Assembly: GCA_046757165.1 (NCBI GenBank)
Contig: JBHHXT010000008.1
Coordinates: forward strand, 1-60,977
Direction: 5' to 3'
Length of the DNA: 60,977 nucleotides
DNA from: a bacterium
Lineage (GTDB): Bacteria > Zhuqueibacterota > Zhuqueibacteria > Oceanimicrobiales > Oceanimicrobiaceae
In this document: positions 18,173 through 28,185 of the stretch, one piece after another
Position numbering within the stretch: the first letter of the stretch is position 1
How the letters are laid out: each line of letters begins with the position of its first letter
The notes under the pieces: generated by a model
Databases searched by the model: none
What the model was told of the DNA's origin: nothing
What the model saw: only the letters and a program-made list of their open reading frames with translations
Made by a program: the position numbers and the translations under genes

Positions 18173-20071
18173 ATGACCAAAAACAGGACAATCCTATTTG
18201 TCGATGATGATCCGGACATGCTCGAGATCGGGGGCATCATCATCCGGAAAGCCGGGTACAACTACATTTCCACGACCTCCGGTGAAGAAGGATTGAAGCT
18301 GTTGCTGAAAAGAACCCCGGACCTGGTCATTCTCGACTACTATATGCCTGGCATCAACGGCTATGAATTCTTCAAGGAGCTGACGCAAAACCGCAAATAT
18401 GGCGCTGTCAAAGAGACACCGGTCATCATGCTGACCGCCGCTGCTGAAGAAGATGTCGAACGCCGGGAGCTGTTCGAACTTGGGTTGAGCGCGTTTCTGC
18501 TGAAGCCATTCGGGAACAGGGAGCTGATCAACATCATAGACAACGTTTTTATCTTGAATGACTTGAGGCTAAAGAACAAGGAGCTTGCGGAACAGGTCAA
18601 ACGAACAGAGTACAAGTACCAGGATCTGATCGAAAACGCCAGTGATTTGATATTCACACTGGATCCGGAAGCCAATTTTGTCTTCATCAATCGACGGCTC
18701 GCAGGGATTTCCGGCGTAGAAAAGCAGGAGTGGCTGGGCAGGAGTTTTTTTGATCTTATCTGGGAGCAAGACCGTCGGATAGCGCGTGAAAATTTCGACA
18801 AAACGATCAACGGGAAGTCCAGTATCTTTGAGGTGCGACTCTGGCACAAGAACAAGAACTGCATTCACCTCTCCATCAACATCAATCCGATATTCGAAAA
18901 GGGACAGGTGATCGGCTGTGTTGCGATTGCGCGCAACATCACGGAAAAAAAGCAGCTCGAGCAAGAGATCATCGAGCTCAAGAATTTCAACGAAAGCATC
19001 ATTCAGAGTATGGGGTCCGGTCTTATCACCATCGATTTAGACCACAAGGTAACCTCATTCAATAGCAGCGCATGTGAAGTCCTGGGATATGCTGCCAACG
19101 AGATTCTGCACAAAACTCTGGAAGAAGTCTTCCCGAAGGAAGACTGTGAACGCTTGCTCTTGAACATCGATGACCCACACCAGGGGCTGCTCAATCGGGA
19201 GATGCAGCTCACCGGAAAAAACGGCAGGCCTATCTTTGTCGGCTTCTCTGTCACACCGAGATTTGACGTGCAGAATAGACGCGTGGGGACTATCATCTCT
19301 TTCAAGGACATTACGCAGATCAAGCAGATGCAGGTAGAGGTGCAAAGAATGGACCGTCTTGCATCGATGGGGGTGTTGGCCTCTGGGATTGCCCATGAAA
19401 TCCGCAATCCGTTGGCGGGGATCAAGACCATAGCTCAGACGCTGGAGGAGGAAATCGAACCCGATGACCCGCGCCGGGAGTACATCGCCCGCATTGTGCG
19501 ACAGGTCAACCGGATGGATGATTTGCTCAAGACGATTTTTTCGTATGCCAAACCGCGACAGCCAAAGAGAAAATACCATCGCTTCCAGGAGATCATTCAA
19601 GAGGTCTATGCGCTGCTCGAAAACCGGATGCGCGCGCAGTCCGTTCACTATGCGGAATCATATCATTCAGAACTCCCCCTGCTCTATGTTGATTTCTACC
19701 AAATACAGCAGGTGTTTTTGAATCTGTTCTTGAATGCCCTGGACGCCATGTCGGATGGCGGCGAGCTGAAATTGCAAGCATCCCCAAGAATCACGACGCT
19801 CAACCGTGTCGACCGACGCGGCCGGCCCTTTCCCATCCAGAAGAAAAGCGCACTTTACGCAGAGGTGCTGGTGTCCGATACGGGTGTGGGCATCAACCCG
19901 GACGCAGTTCAGTCTATTTTCAATCCCTTTTTTACCACAAAGCCGCAGGGGTCGGGTTTGGGACTTTCCATCTGCTACCGGATTATGAGCGAACATGACG
20001 GCGAAATCCAGGTCGAGAGTGAATTGAACCAGGGCACAACGTTTAGATTGTTGTTACCAACAGAGGAATAG
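18173..20071 (+). CDS. Cytoplasmic hybrid histidine kinase (REC-PAS-PAS-HisKA-HATPase), NtrB-like core
   Basis: LDYYMPG; two PAS domains ending ARNITE and FKDITQ; IAHEIRNPL; NALDAM; FFTTK..GSGLGL. Confidence 0.95.
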   Translation: MTKNRTILFVDDDPDMLEIGGIIIRKAGYNYISTTSGEEGLKLLLKRTPDLVILDYYMPGINGYEFFKELTQNRKYGAVKETPVIMLTAAAEEDVERRELFELGLSAFLLKPFGNRELINIIDNVFILNDLRLKNKELAEQVKRTEYKYQDLIENASDLIFTLDPEANFVFINRRLAGISGVEKQEWLGRSFFDLIWEQDRRIARENFDKTINGKSSIFEVRLWHKNKNCIHLSININPIFEKGQVIGCVAIARNITEKKQLEQEIIELKNFNESIIQSMGSGLITIDLDHKVTSFNSSACEVLGYAANEILHKTLEEVFPKEDCERLLLNIDDPHQGLLNREMQLTGKNGRPIFVGFSVTPRFDVQNRRVGTIISFKDITQIKQMQVEVQRMDRLASMGVLASGIAHEIRNPLAGIKTIAQTLEEEIEPDDPRREYIARIVRQVNRMDDLLKTIFSYAKPRQPKRKYHRFQEIIQEVYALLENRMRAQSVHYAESYHSELPLLYVDFYQIQQVFLNLFLNALDAMSDGGELKLQASPRITTLNRVDRRGRPFPIQKKSALYAEVLVSDTGVGINPDAVQSIFNPFFTTKPQGSGLGLSICYRIMSEHDGEIQVESELNQGTTFRLLLPTEE

Positions 20072-20077
20072 CCAAGT

Positions 20078-21448
20078 ATGTCGAAAGCGAACATTCTGAT
20101 CATCGAGGATAATGAGGATTTGTGCCAAACGCTGGCGGATGTCTTAAGGAAAGAAGGCAATAAAGTTAGGACGGCTTACACCGGTGAGCATGGGTTGTCC
20201 ATTCTCGAAAAAGACATCATCGATTTGGTATTGCTGGATATCAAGCTGCCAGACATGAATGGCCTCTCGATTCTGGCAGGGGTCAAGGACAAAGACCCTG
20301 ACATCCTGGTGATCATGATTACGGCTACGACCGATGCTCGCCCCGCCGTGGACGCCATGAAGAAGGGGGCCTATGACTATCTGATGAAGCCGTTCGAACT
20401 CGACCAGCTCAAATTAGTGGTCGCCAAAGCTCTGGAAACGCATCACCTCAAAAAAGAAGTCTCTCGCTTGAAAAGCCAACACAAAGACCAGTTTCCAGAC
20501 AACGACCTGTTTGGCGATTCCAAACCGATGCGCGAACTCAAGAAGCTGATCAAAATTGTCGCTGGTACGCCGAAGACTTCTGTTTTGATCCAGGGCGAAA
20601 GTGGAACAGGCAAAGAACTGGTTGCGAATGCCGTCCACAATTGGAGCTCCAGGTCGGACAAGCCGCTCATCAAAATCAACTGTAGCGCGATCCCGGAGAA
20701 CCTGCTGGAAAGCGAGTTGTTTGGCCATGAAAGGGGCGCCTTTACAGACGCCAAGAACCTCAAGAAAGGCATCTTTGAGATGGCGAACAACGGTACGATT
20801 TTTCTCGACGAGATTTCGAGCATGCAGATGTCCATCCAGCCCAAATTCTTGCGCGTGCTGGAAACGCAGTCATTCCGTAGAATAGGCGGCACATCGGACA
20901 TTCAAATCGATGTTCGCATCATTGCTGCAACCAACCGAAACCTGGAAGATTGTGTGGAACAACAAGCCTTTCGAGAGGATCTGTATTACCGGCTCAAGGT
21001 CATGGTATTGAATATCCCGACTCTGCGTGAACGCACTGAGGACGTCATCCCGCTAGCCCTGCTGTTTATCGGAAGAAACAACAAGGAGTTCGGAAAAGAA
21101 ATCAAAGGCATTGCGCGTGATGCGGCAGAAAAAATGGTGAAGTACCGCTGGCCGGGCAATGTCCGGGAGCTGAAGAACGTCATCGAAAGAGCGGTGATCC
21201 TTTGCAATGAGCACGAGCTGCAATCCGATCACCTACCGTTGGAACTGCAGCACGGTATTTCCAAACTGGGCACCTCGAATGAGTTCGCTTCCCTCACAGG
21301 AGACGCTGATTCTCTTGAAGAAATGGAAAGACGCCACATCTTGAATGTGTTAAAGAAATATAACGGCAACAAATCCAAAACCGCAAGGATGCTCAATATC
21401 TCGAGATCCACGTTGCGGGAAAAGATGAAAAACTATGGCATTGCGTAA
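20078..21448 (+). CDS. sigma54-dependent transcriptional activator (REC-AAA+-Fis HTH; NtrC/AtoC family)
   Basis: GESGTGKE, ESELFGHERGAFTDA, FLDEI, FREDLYYRL, WPGNVREL, HTH. Confidence 0.97.
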   Translation: MSKANILIIEDNEDLCQTLADVLRKEGNKVRTAYTGEHGLSILEKDIIDLVLLDIKLPDMNGLSILAGVKDKDPDILVIMITATTDARPAVDAMKKGAYDYLMKPFELDQLKLVVAKALETHHLKKEVSRLKSQHKDQFPDNDLFGDSKPMRELKKLIKIVAGTPKTSVLIQGESGTGKELVANAVHNWSSRSDKPLIKINCSAIPENLLESELFGHERGAFTDAKNLKKGIFEMANNGTIFLDEISSMQMSIQPKFLRVLETQSFRRIGGTSDIQIDVRIIAATNRNLEDCVEQQAFREDLYYRLKVMVLNIPTLRERTEDVIPLALLFIGRNNKEFGKEIKGIARDAAEKMVKYRWPGNVRELKNVIERAVILCNEHELQSDHLPLELQHGISKLGTSNEFASLTGDADSLEEMERRHILNVLKKYNGNKSKTARMLNISRSTLREKMKNYGIA

Positions 21449-21648
21449 TCACAAACTGTACGAAAAGTGACCATCTGTATAGAAACTACTCCATAAATTC
21501 TACCTACCTCGATCCTCAATCCCCTATCTGCCCTGTCATTTGTTGAGGAACGCCCTTGCGTTTAAGGTTTTCGGTTCAGGTGACGAAATTCACTTTTGTG
21601 AGCGGAAGCCAAAGGCTTCTCTGCTGATTCCTGTCCCCTATTTGTATT

Positions 21649-21664
21649 TGGTATAAGTTTTGCT
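21649..21664 (+). promoter_or_regulatory. Predicted sigma54 (-24/-12) promoter of the downstream operon
   Basis: TGGTATAAGTTTTGCT with exact GG-N10-GC spacing, about 40 nt upstream of ATG 21707 (AGGAG RBS). Confidence 0.75.
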
Positions 21665-21706
21665 CAAGGCAGGCGTGCGACTAGCTCGACGTTAAGGAGA
21701 CCGTGT

Positions 21707-22375
21707 ATGGAAAAGCCGAAGAAACTTCTGATAGCCGATGACGAGGAGGACATATCCTGGGCAGTTTCGAAGAGCCTGAAAAAGTCAAACCTCAATATTG
21801 ATATTACGTGTGTCAACAACGGGGACGCTGCTCTAGAGCTGCTACGTCGCCAACCTTTCGATTTGGTCGTCTCCGACATTCGAATGCCCGGGTGTGATGG
21901 CCTAAGATTGATTCGAGAGATTCGGAAACACCACCCGGCAACCAAGATCATTATCATGACAGCCTATGGCTCTCAGGAGGTCATGGACCGTGCCGATGCC
22001 CTGGGCAGCTTTTTTTACCTTGAAAAGCCATTCGACATCGGGTATATGAAGCAGCTCATCATGGAGGCTTTGGACCTCAGGCAGCAAGGCTTCAAGGGCT
22101 CAATCGACCGTGCCGGCATTCGCGAGCTGGTACAGTTGAACTGCTCAAACAAGAGAAATTCTTCATTGTTCATCTCCAGACAAGAGGAAAATGGTGCGAT
22201 ATACTTCAAGAATGGGGACATTGTCCATGCCGAGTGTGGCCAGCTAAATGGAGAAAGAGCTTTTTTCAGTATCTTGAATTGGAACCGAGGGACCTTCAAG
22301 ATCGACTACAATCCGTCGTCAACCAAGAGAACCATTTCTCGCAGCTGGAAAACACTGCTCCACCAATGCGCTTAG
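21707..22375 (+). CDS. Response regulator with DUF4388 (PatA_N-like) domain
   Basis: Receiver (SDIRMPG, MTAYG, KPF); GFKGSI...LVQL..GAIYFKNGDIVHA..GE.AF..IL.W..G.F. Confidence 0.88.
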   Translation: MEKPKKLLIADDEEDISWAVSKSLKKSNLNIDITCVNNGDAALELLRRQPFDLVVSDIRMPGCDGLRLIREIRKHHPATKIIIMTAYGSQEVMDRADALGSFFYLEKPFDIGYMKQLIMEALDLRQQGFKGSIDRAGIRELVQLNCSNKRNSSLFISRQEENGAIYFKNGDIVHAECGQLNGERAFFSILNWNRGTFKIDYNPSSTKRTISRSWKTLLHQCA

Positions 22376-22409
22376 GTGAAAGAAGCGAAGAAGGATTTAG
22401 CAGCTACAT

Positions 22410-23219
22410 ATGGGAGAAGTCATCGCCATTGCCAGCCAGAAGGGGGGAGTCGGAAAAACAACAACAGCGGTCAACCTGGGGGCAAGTCTTGCGACCCTGG
22501 GGTATCACGTGCTGCTCATAGACATCGACCCGCAGGGAAGCGTGGCCTCGAGTTTCGGCTTTACCCAGTATGACATCAAAGCTGGCATTCTGGATGTCTT
22601 CTTGAGCGATGAGCCAATCACAAATGCGATTCATCCCACCGGTCAACAGAATTTCGATTTGATTCCCACCAATCTTTGGTCGGACGACAATGAGAGGCGA
22701 CAACTGGTTGGGGTTGCCTCGAAGGTCCGATTGAAAGACAAACTCACCTCCATCAAGCAGAGCTACGACTTTCTGCTCATCGACTGTCCCCCTTCGCTCG
22801 GTAATTTGACCTTCAATGCGTTGATTGCGGCAGATTCCCTGATCATTCCAATTCAATGTGAATACTACGCCCTCAAGGCCCTGGGACGATTCCTCAAACT
22901 CACCCGAATTATCAAGAAAGAGAACAACCCACGACTTCGGTACCGTGGATTTCTGCTAACCATGGTCGACCCTAGAAACAGACTGACTAAAATTGTCGTC
23001 GAAAAAGTCCGATATACTCTGAAAGGCCTTGTTTTTGAGACCATGATACCGAGAAACATACGATTAGCTGAAGTGCCGTACTACGGGCAGCCCGTCATAA
23101 CCTTCGACAAAAAGTGCAAAGGGGCCGCTGGCTACATGAATCTGGCCCGTGAAATCTTAGGAGAAGGCGGCAATGTTGTTGGTCTTGCTGCCGATAAACA
23201 AGAAGTGAGTGTGGTTTAA
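22410..23219 (+). CDS. ParA/Soj family ATPase (orphan, no parB)
   Basis: KGGVGKTT, DIDPQG, IDCPPSLG, PIQCEYYAL, IPRNIRLAE.P..G. Confidence 0.93.
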   Translation: MGEVIAIASQKGGVGKTTTAVNLGASLATLGYHVLLIDIDPQGSVASSFGFTQYDIKAGILDVFLSDEPITNAIHPTGQQNFDLIPTNLWSDDNERRQLVGVASKVRLKDKLTSIKQSYDFLLIDCPPSLGNLTFNALIAADSLIIPIQCEYYALKALGRFLKLTRIIKKENNPRLRYRGFLLTMVDPRNRLTKIVVEKVRYTLKGLVFETMIPRNIRLAEVPYYGQPVITFDKKCKGAAGYMNLAREILGEGGNVVGLAADKQEVSVV

Positions 23220-23232
23220 AAGGAGTTTGACC

Positions 23233-23640
23233 TTGGCCAGGATACTGATTGTTGAGGATGACTGCAACACTCGCGTCGGGTTGTCTGAAATCCTAAGTGA
23301 AGAAGGGTACGATATTGTTGCGGTCGAAACGGCAGAAGCAGCACTCGAGAGAATCGAGACTGATATCGACATCCTGTTGTCAGATCTTCGACTTCCCTGC
23401 AAATCAGGACTCGAGCTCGTCAAAGAATTCAAATCTCTTCGTCCCGCTCTAATTGCAATTATCATGACAGCATACAGTACCCCGGAGTGTTACATTGAAG
23501 GAAAAGACATAGGAGTAGAAGCATGGTTAACTAAGCCTTTGAACGTTGAGAACCTACTTTCCCTGTTAAAAAAAACGCAATCATCGGTGACATGTCACAA
23601 GGAGCGACAAATTCCACAGCCTGAAACCGTTCTTGAATAA
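23233..23640 (+). CDS. Single-domain response regulator (CheY-like)
   Basis: ILIVEDD, LSDLRLP, MTAY, TKPL; TTG start after AGGAG. Confidence 0.88.
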   Translation: MARILIVEDDCNTRVGLSEILSEEGYDIVAVETAEAALERIETDIDILLSDLRLPCKSGLELVKEFKSLRPALIAIIMTAYSTPECYIEGKDIGVEAWLTKPLNVENLLSLLKKTQSSVTCHKERQIPQPETVLE

Positions 23641-23679
23641 CAATCGGCACCACCCCTTCTGAAAGGAGGCTTGCACCAC

Positions 23680-24369
23680 GTGTTCGTAGCAATCGCATCA
23701 AACGTTCTCAAGAAGCTTACCTTTATTTCCATGATGGTTCTGATGTTCATTTCAACGTTGAGTTTCACAACCAATATTAGAAAGATAGAAGAGCAGAATG
23801 AGAGCCTCACTGAGATCGCTGACTATGTGAAGGCTTTCCAGAGCGAGTTGAAAGTAGACAGCGTCAGAACCGCAGCACTCAAGAAAATCACTAGAATCAT
23901 GTGCCAGTACAATCAGGACTTGAGCGCCAACGAAAAACATTCTATCGCCAATGAAATCTATAACATGAGCGTCAAGTATGACAACCTCGACGTGGATTTG
24001 ATTTGTGCAACCATCACCCATGAAAGTGCTCGCACATGGCAGCCGGATGTCACTTCGCCTGCCGGTGCCATGGGCTTGATGCAGGTCATGCCGCATACGG
24101 CCTCATTTCTCAGCAAACATGAAGGGATCGAATGGACAAGTCCGGAAACCGTGCTCTACAACCCGATCTACAACATACGCATGGGGTGTCGTTATCTGTC
24201 CATGCTCATCGAACTCTACAATGTTGATGGTGGCCTGGCAGCATACAATGGGGGTGAAAGGCGTGCGGCACAATGGCTGGCAAGTGGCCGTAACGATGAG
24301 GTTCTCTTTGAAGAAACTCGTGGGTACATTCCGGCCGTGCTCAAACTTTACGACACATTCAAAGATTAG
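23680..24369 (+). CDS. Membrane-anchored lytic transglycosylase (SLT domain)
   Basis: N-terminal TM helix; ITHESA catalytic Glu; GAMGLMQVMP; LAAYNGG; ETRGY; start at GTG 23680 or TTG 23671. Confidence 0.92.
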   Translation: MFVAIASNVLKKLTFISMMVLMFISTLSFTTNIRKIEEQNESLTEIADYVKAFQSELKVDSVRTAALKKITRIMCQYNQDLSANEKHSIANEIYNMSVKYDNLDVDLICATITHESARTWQPDVTSPAGAMGLMQVMPHTASFLSKHEGIEWTSPETVLYNPIYNIRMGCRYLSMLIELYNVDGGLAAYNGGERRAAQWLASGRNDEVLFEETRGYIPAVLKLYDTFKD

Positions 24370-24383
24370 GCAATGGAGTTCAA

Positions 24384-26417
24384 ATGGACGCAAAACCATT
24401 GTCGCAACAAGAGTTTTATCGCGAGCTGGTCAACCGGTTCTTCCACACAAACAGTTATTTCTATCACTGCATCAAGAATGAACTCGACGCTGTCTTGCGT
24501 GAGCTTCAGGGCGCAAACAACCACGAATATTTGCTCCTGGGCAACTTGTTCGACAATCTTGTCTCAGCGCACGATACCGTGGCCGAGCTTGGCCGACTCA
24601 CGGCCATAAAGGGATTCTCCGAGTTTGGCGAGAAGCTCACACAGGGCATCCAGTTCTTACATGATATCGACCTCGATTCTGAAAGGATGAAGATTGAAAT
24701 CGAGAGCCTTGCGCACTCGATGTTCAATAGCGTCTTGCTTGCTTTTCAGGATAAGGACTCCCTGCAACAATTGAGGAACATGTTGGGCGCGGATTTCAGA
24801 GACGAACCTGCGTCGGACCTCCAGGAGGACCGGGACCGGCCCGACGAGGAGTTTCAGTTGTCCGCCGGCTTGATGGCTGAGGCGCAGGAATACGGATCAG
24901 ACCAACCTCTCTTCGAAGACCGGGCGGGTGTGTTTTCAGATGAAGAGAGTAGCCGGGTAAACGAAATAGAGGAAACAAGCTTTGACCCGATATCGGAGGA
25001 TGACCCCACGGAGGACAACGAAAATGGCCAAGATGAGCGGTTTCGAGATTTGGCGCTCGAAAACGATGACCCGGCGCTCACAAATGAAGTTGGAAGCAAC
25101 GACCTCTTTTCAGACGACCACATAGACCTGGACGTAGAGCTGTTGCTAGAAGACGACTTGAAGGTGTACGACGATATTGGGATGCCACCTGAACCCATGC
25201 CTGCACTTGAAGATACGAGTCCTCAATTCCCCGAACGGTGTGAACCTGAAGCAGAACACACGTCCGAGCCGCCGGTGAAACATGAAACCGATGACGCAGC
25301 CCCGGCACCTCGGAATTCTGAGCCCGATAGAAAACCTCGGCTTCATGAGCCCGAGGTTGTGGTCAAGTACTTTTGTCAGGAGGTGCGCGACCATCTCGCT
25401 GAATTGGACGAAGTGCTGGCGAAACTGAAATCAGAGCCGACGCAGGCTGATTTGTGGGAGAAGAGTGACGCCATCATGGATTCAATTGTTATGACTTCCG
25501 TCATTTACGGTTTTGAAGCCTTCGAGCAAATTACCGCCAAAGCAAAAAAGTTGATCGCACGAACTCGCAGCGATGAGGAGAGCGGCTATGACCGGGCGGT
25601 CGTCATCGTGACAAAGACTCGGCAAGTGCTGAATTACTTTCTTGCTAACAACCCGGAGAGAATCGAGTCAAAGTTGGTCAAGCAGTTTACCACAAAGCTC
25701 ACCACGCCACTGGTTCCATCCGAACCCACAGGCAGGGCTTTGCCTGCAATCCATGCCCGGGAGGGCCGGATTCCTGGGACAGAAAGAGACGGAGAGACCG
25801 AGACAGGAAACAAGAGAACTGAGGTCCAGGGGCTTAAGCTTCCAGGAGAAGACGATGCTGAAGTGATGAACTTGATCGCTGAAATCACCAGGGAGAAAGA
25901 GGAAAAGAATTCAGCCAGTAAAAGAGAATCCAAAGATAATCGCCTTGGCACACGACCGGGAGAGACCCTCGAGGACAATGAATTTGTAGACAAGAGACCC
26001 TCTCCACCGGTCAATACCTCGAAATCGCAAGCACATATGACGATCTACCGGCGTGGAGCTGAGGTATATTTGAACGCCATGGAGGAGGCCCTGATTGCTC
26101 TGGACGCCAATGGCCAAAACAAGACGGCGTTGGATGATCTTGAAGTGGCTGCCAACGCCCTCTACGGTCTCACATTGAAACTCAATCTGGAGGAGATCGG
26201 TAGATTCCCGGACTTGCTCTTGACTTTGCTCAGGGACGTGCTGGCTACAAACTACTCTTTTTCAAGCCATGAGCTGGCGCTGATGAAGCATGTCACTCAA
26301 TATTTTCGCAATCTGCAGAGTGTTGAACAGACAAAAGAGCGCCAATTCATGCAAATGCTGACATCGCTCAAAGACCTTGACGCGAGAGTCAAGAACTATG
26401 TGCGTAGTAGCCAATGA
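24384..26417 (+). CDS. Hypothetical scaffold: helical N-domain, long acidic linkers, two His-less Hpt (CheA P1)-like domains
   Basis: F.QEVRDHLAELDEVL.KL..EP...IMDSIVMTSVIYGF and Y...AE.YL.AMEEAL.AL...AANALYGL..KL. Confidence 0.7.
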   Translation: MDAKPLSQQEFYRELVNRFFHTNSYFYHCIKNELDAVLRELQGANNHEYLLLGNLFDNLVSAHDTVAELGRLTAIKGFSEFGEKLTQGIQFLHDIDLDSERMKIEIESLAHSMFNSVLLAFQDKDSLQQLRNMLGADFRDEPASDLQEDRDRPDEEFQLSAGLMAEAQEYGSDQPLFEDRAGVFSDEESSRVNEIEETSFDPISEDDPTEDNENGQDERFRDLALENDDPALTNEVGSNDLFSDDHIDLDVELLLEDDLKVYDDIGMPPEPMPALEDTSPQFPERCEPEAEHTSEPPVKHETDDAAPAPRNSEPDRKPRLHEPEVVVKYFCQEVRDHLAELDEVLAKLKSEPTQADLWEKSDAIMDSIVMTSVIYGFEAFEQITAKAKKLIARTRSDEESGYDRAVVIVTKTRQVLNYFLANNPERIESKLVKQFTTKLTTPLVPSEPTGRALPAIHAREGRIPGTERDGETETGNKRTEVQGLKLPGEDDAEVMNLIAEITREKEEKNSASKRESKDNRLGTRPGETLEDNEFVDKRPSPPVNTSKSQAHMTIYRRGAEVYLNAMEEALIALDANGQNKTALDDLEVAANALYGLTLKLNLEEIGRFPDLLLTLLRDVLATNYSFSSHELALMKHVTQYFRNLQSVEQTKERQFMQMLTSLKDLDARVKNYVRSSQ

Positions 26418-26438
26418 AGCACAGTCTGCCTTGGATTT

Positions 26439-28163
26439 ATGAATCATCAACATAGGTATGGGCTCATGTCGAATTATCAGTCAGAGACGGACAAAGAACT
26501 TGAAGAGGTGCTCGGGTCTCACAAGACCATCATCAAGATAGTTGGAACCGGGGGAGCCGGCAACAACACGGTCACGAGATTGCTCGAAGTTGGAATTCAG
26601 GGCGTTGACGTCATTGCCATCAATACAGACGCACAAGATTTGCTCCATGCCAGGTCAGACCACAAGATCTTGATCGGCAAGAATATCACCAATGGCCTGG
26701 GCGCGGGTAGCGATCCTTCCAGAGGGGAGGAATCGGCCAGAGAAAGTCTGGACGATATCGAGAGCAAGCTGGCCGGGAGTGACATGGTCTTCATCACGTG
26801 TGGCCTGGGTGGAGGAACCGGCACCGGCTCAGCGCCGATTATCGCAAATATTGCTCAGAAAATAGGAGCCCTCACTGTCGCTGTCGTCACCCTGCCTTTT
26901 GGCGATGAAGGCATCATTCGTTGGGAAAATGCGCGTAAGGGTCTGCAGCAATTGCAGAACAACGTGGATACGGTCATCGTTGTTCAAAACGATAAGCTGC
27001 TTGACCTCGTGCCTGACATGCCGTTGAACGCCGCCTTCAGATTTGCAGACGAGATTCTGGTCAACGCGGTCAAAGGCATGACTGAACTGGTCACGGAGAA
27101 GGGCCTCGTCAACCTGGATTTTGCAGACCTTCGTACCATCATGCAAGGCGGCGGGCTGGCCATGATCGGCCTGGGTGAAAGTGAGACTGAAATGAATGCC
27201 GAGGAAGCGGCAGAAAAAGCCCTGGAAAACCCGCTCCTCGATGTTGATGTCACTGGCGCCAAGAGTGCTTTGATCAACATTTCAGGCGGGCAGGAGTTAT
27301 CGCTGAAAGCAGCTAAGACTGTCATGCGGATTGTCGCCAAGAAGCTGGACCCATCTGCCAGAATCATCTGGGGTGCAAGGCTCGATGAGGCAATGGGCAG
27401 CAGTCTGCGCGTCATGCTCATCGTCACATGTCTACAAACATCACGACGGTCGGCGTCTGAAGTTGAAATGGTTCTTAACACCTCACCCGAACCGACTGTC
27501 ACGCCGCTCTCGCTGGCCGAACCCACGCCGCGGCAGAGCGAAAAAACAGCCGCTCCATCTGAGGCCAACAAGAAAAGGGCCGGTAAGATTTTTTCGGACA
27601 TCTTCATCGAAGAGTCCGACAGCGAATTGAATCTACTGGAGGAGTCGATAAGAAACTTGAGTCTCGGCAGGCCTGCTGAAAATGAAAAACACTTCAACGA
27701 AATAAAACAAGCCTGCTCAGCTCTTTACAGTTCCTCCGAACTCTTCGGATACGACAGAATTTCCGATTTTGTTGAGGTGATCGAAGATGTGACGGAATAT
27801 GCCGCAAATGGTGAATTCGAACTGTCCAAGAGCTTCCTGGATCTCTATCGTCCAATTCCTTCCACGCTCCGGTCGATGATGACAGATGACGAGGTAGCAT
27901 TCGAGCAAGCAGAGGAGATCAAGCAGAAGTTTGGCAATATCCTGGAATTGGTGACGAAACCCGACCCTGAGGAAGCAGACACCGCACAGAAAAGCGCACA
28001 AAGTTCTGCCAGCAGGCCCGCGTCCGACACACAGAATCAAGGAATAGATGAGAAGCAAAACGACGGCGATACGAAAGAGAATGTGCACGCCAGCGCGGGC
28101 AAAACGAAATCGGAATTTTCGAGTGTTCGTGAAGCTGTAAGGTATTTTGACAAACTCTTTTAG
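26439..28163 (+). CDS. ftsZ: FtsZ-family GTPase (archaeal FtsZ1-like) fused to a C-terminal Hpt-like domain
   Basis: [31 protein letters not shown]7 loop NLDFAD; about 240-aa extension with IFIEE..EL.LLEE..LFGY. Confidence 0.93.
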   Translation: MNHQHRYGLMSNYQSETDKELEEVLGSHKTIIKIVGTGGAGNNTVTRLLEVGIQGVDVIAINTDAQDLLHARSDHKILIGKNITNGLGAGSDPSRGEESARESLDDIESKLAGSDMVFITCGLGGGTGTGSAPIIANIAQKIGALTVAVVTLPFGDEGIIRWENARKGLQQLQNNVDTVIVVQNDKLLDLVPDMPLNAAFRFADEILVNAVKGMTELVTEKGLVNLDFADLRTIMQGGGLAMIGLGESETEMNAEEAAEKALENPLLDVDVTGAKSALINISGGQELSLKAAKTVMRIVAKKLDPSARIIWGARLDEAMGSSLRVMLIVTCLQTSRRSASEVEMVLNTSPEPTVTPLSLAEPTPRQSEKTAAPSEANKKRAGKIFSDIFIEESDSELNLLEESIRNLSLGRPAENEKHFNEIKQACSALYSSSELFGYDRISDFVEVIEDVTEYAANGEFELSKSFLDLYRPIPSTLRSMMTDDEVAFEQAEEIKQKFGNILELVTKPDPEEADTAQKSAQSSASRPASDTQNQGIDEKQNDGDTKENVHASAGKTKSEFSSVREAVRYFDKLF

Positions 28164-28185
28164 AAGCCCGCGACAGGTCTGATGC

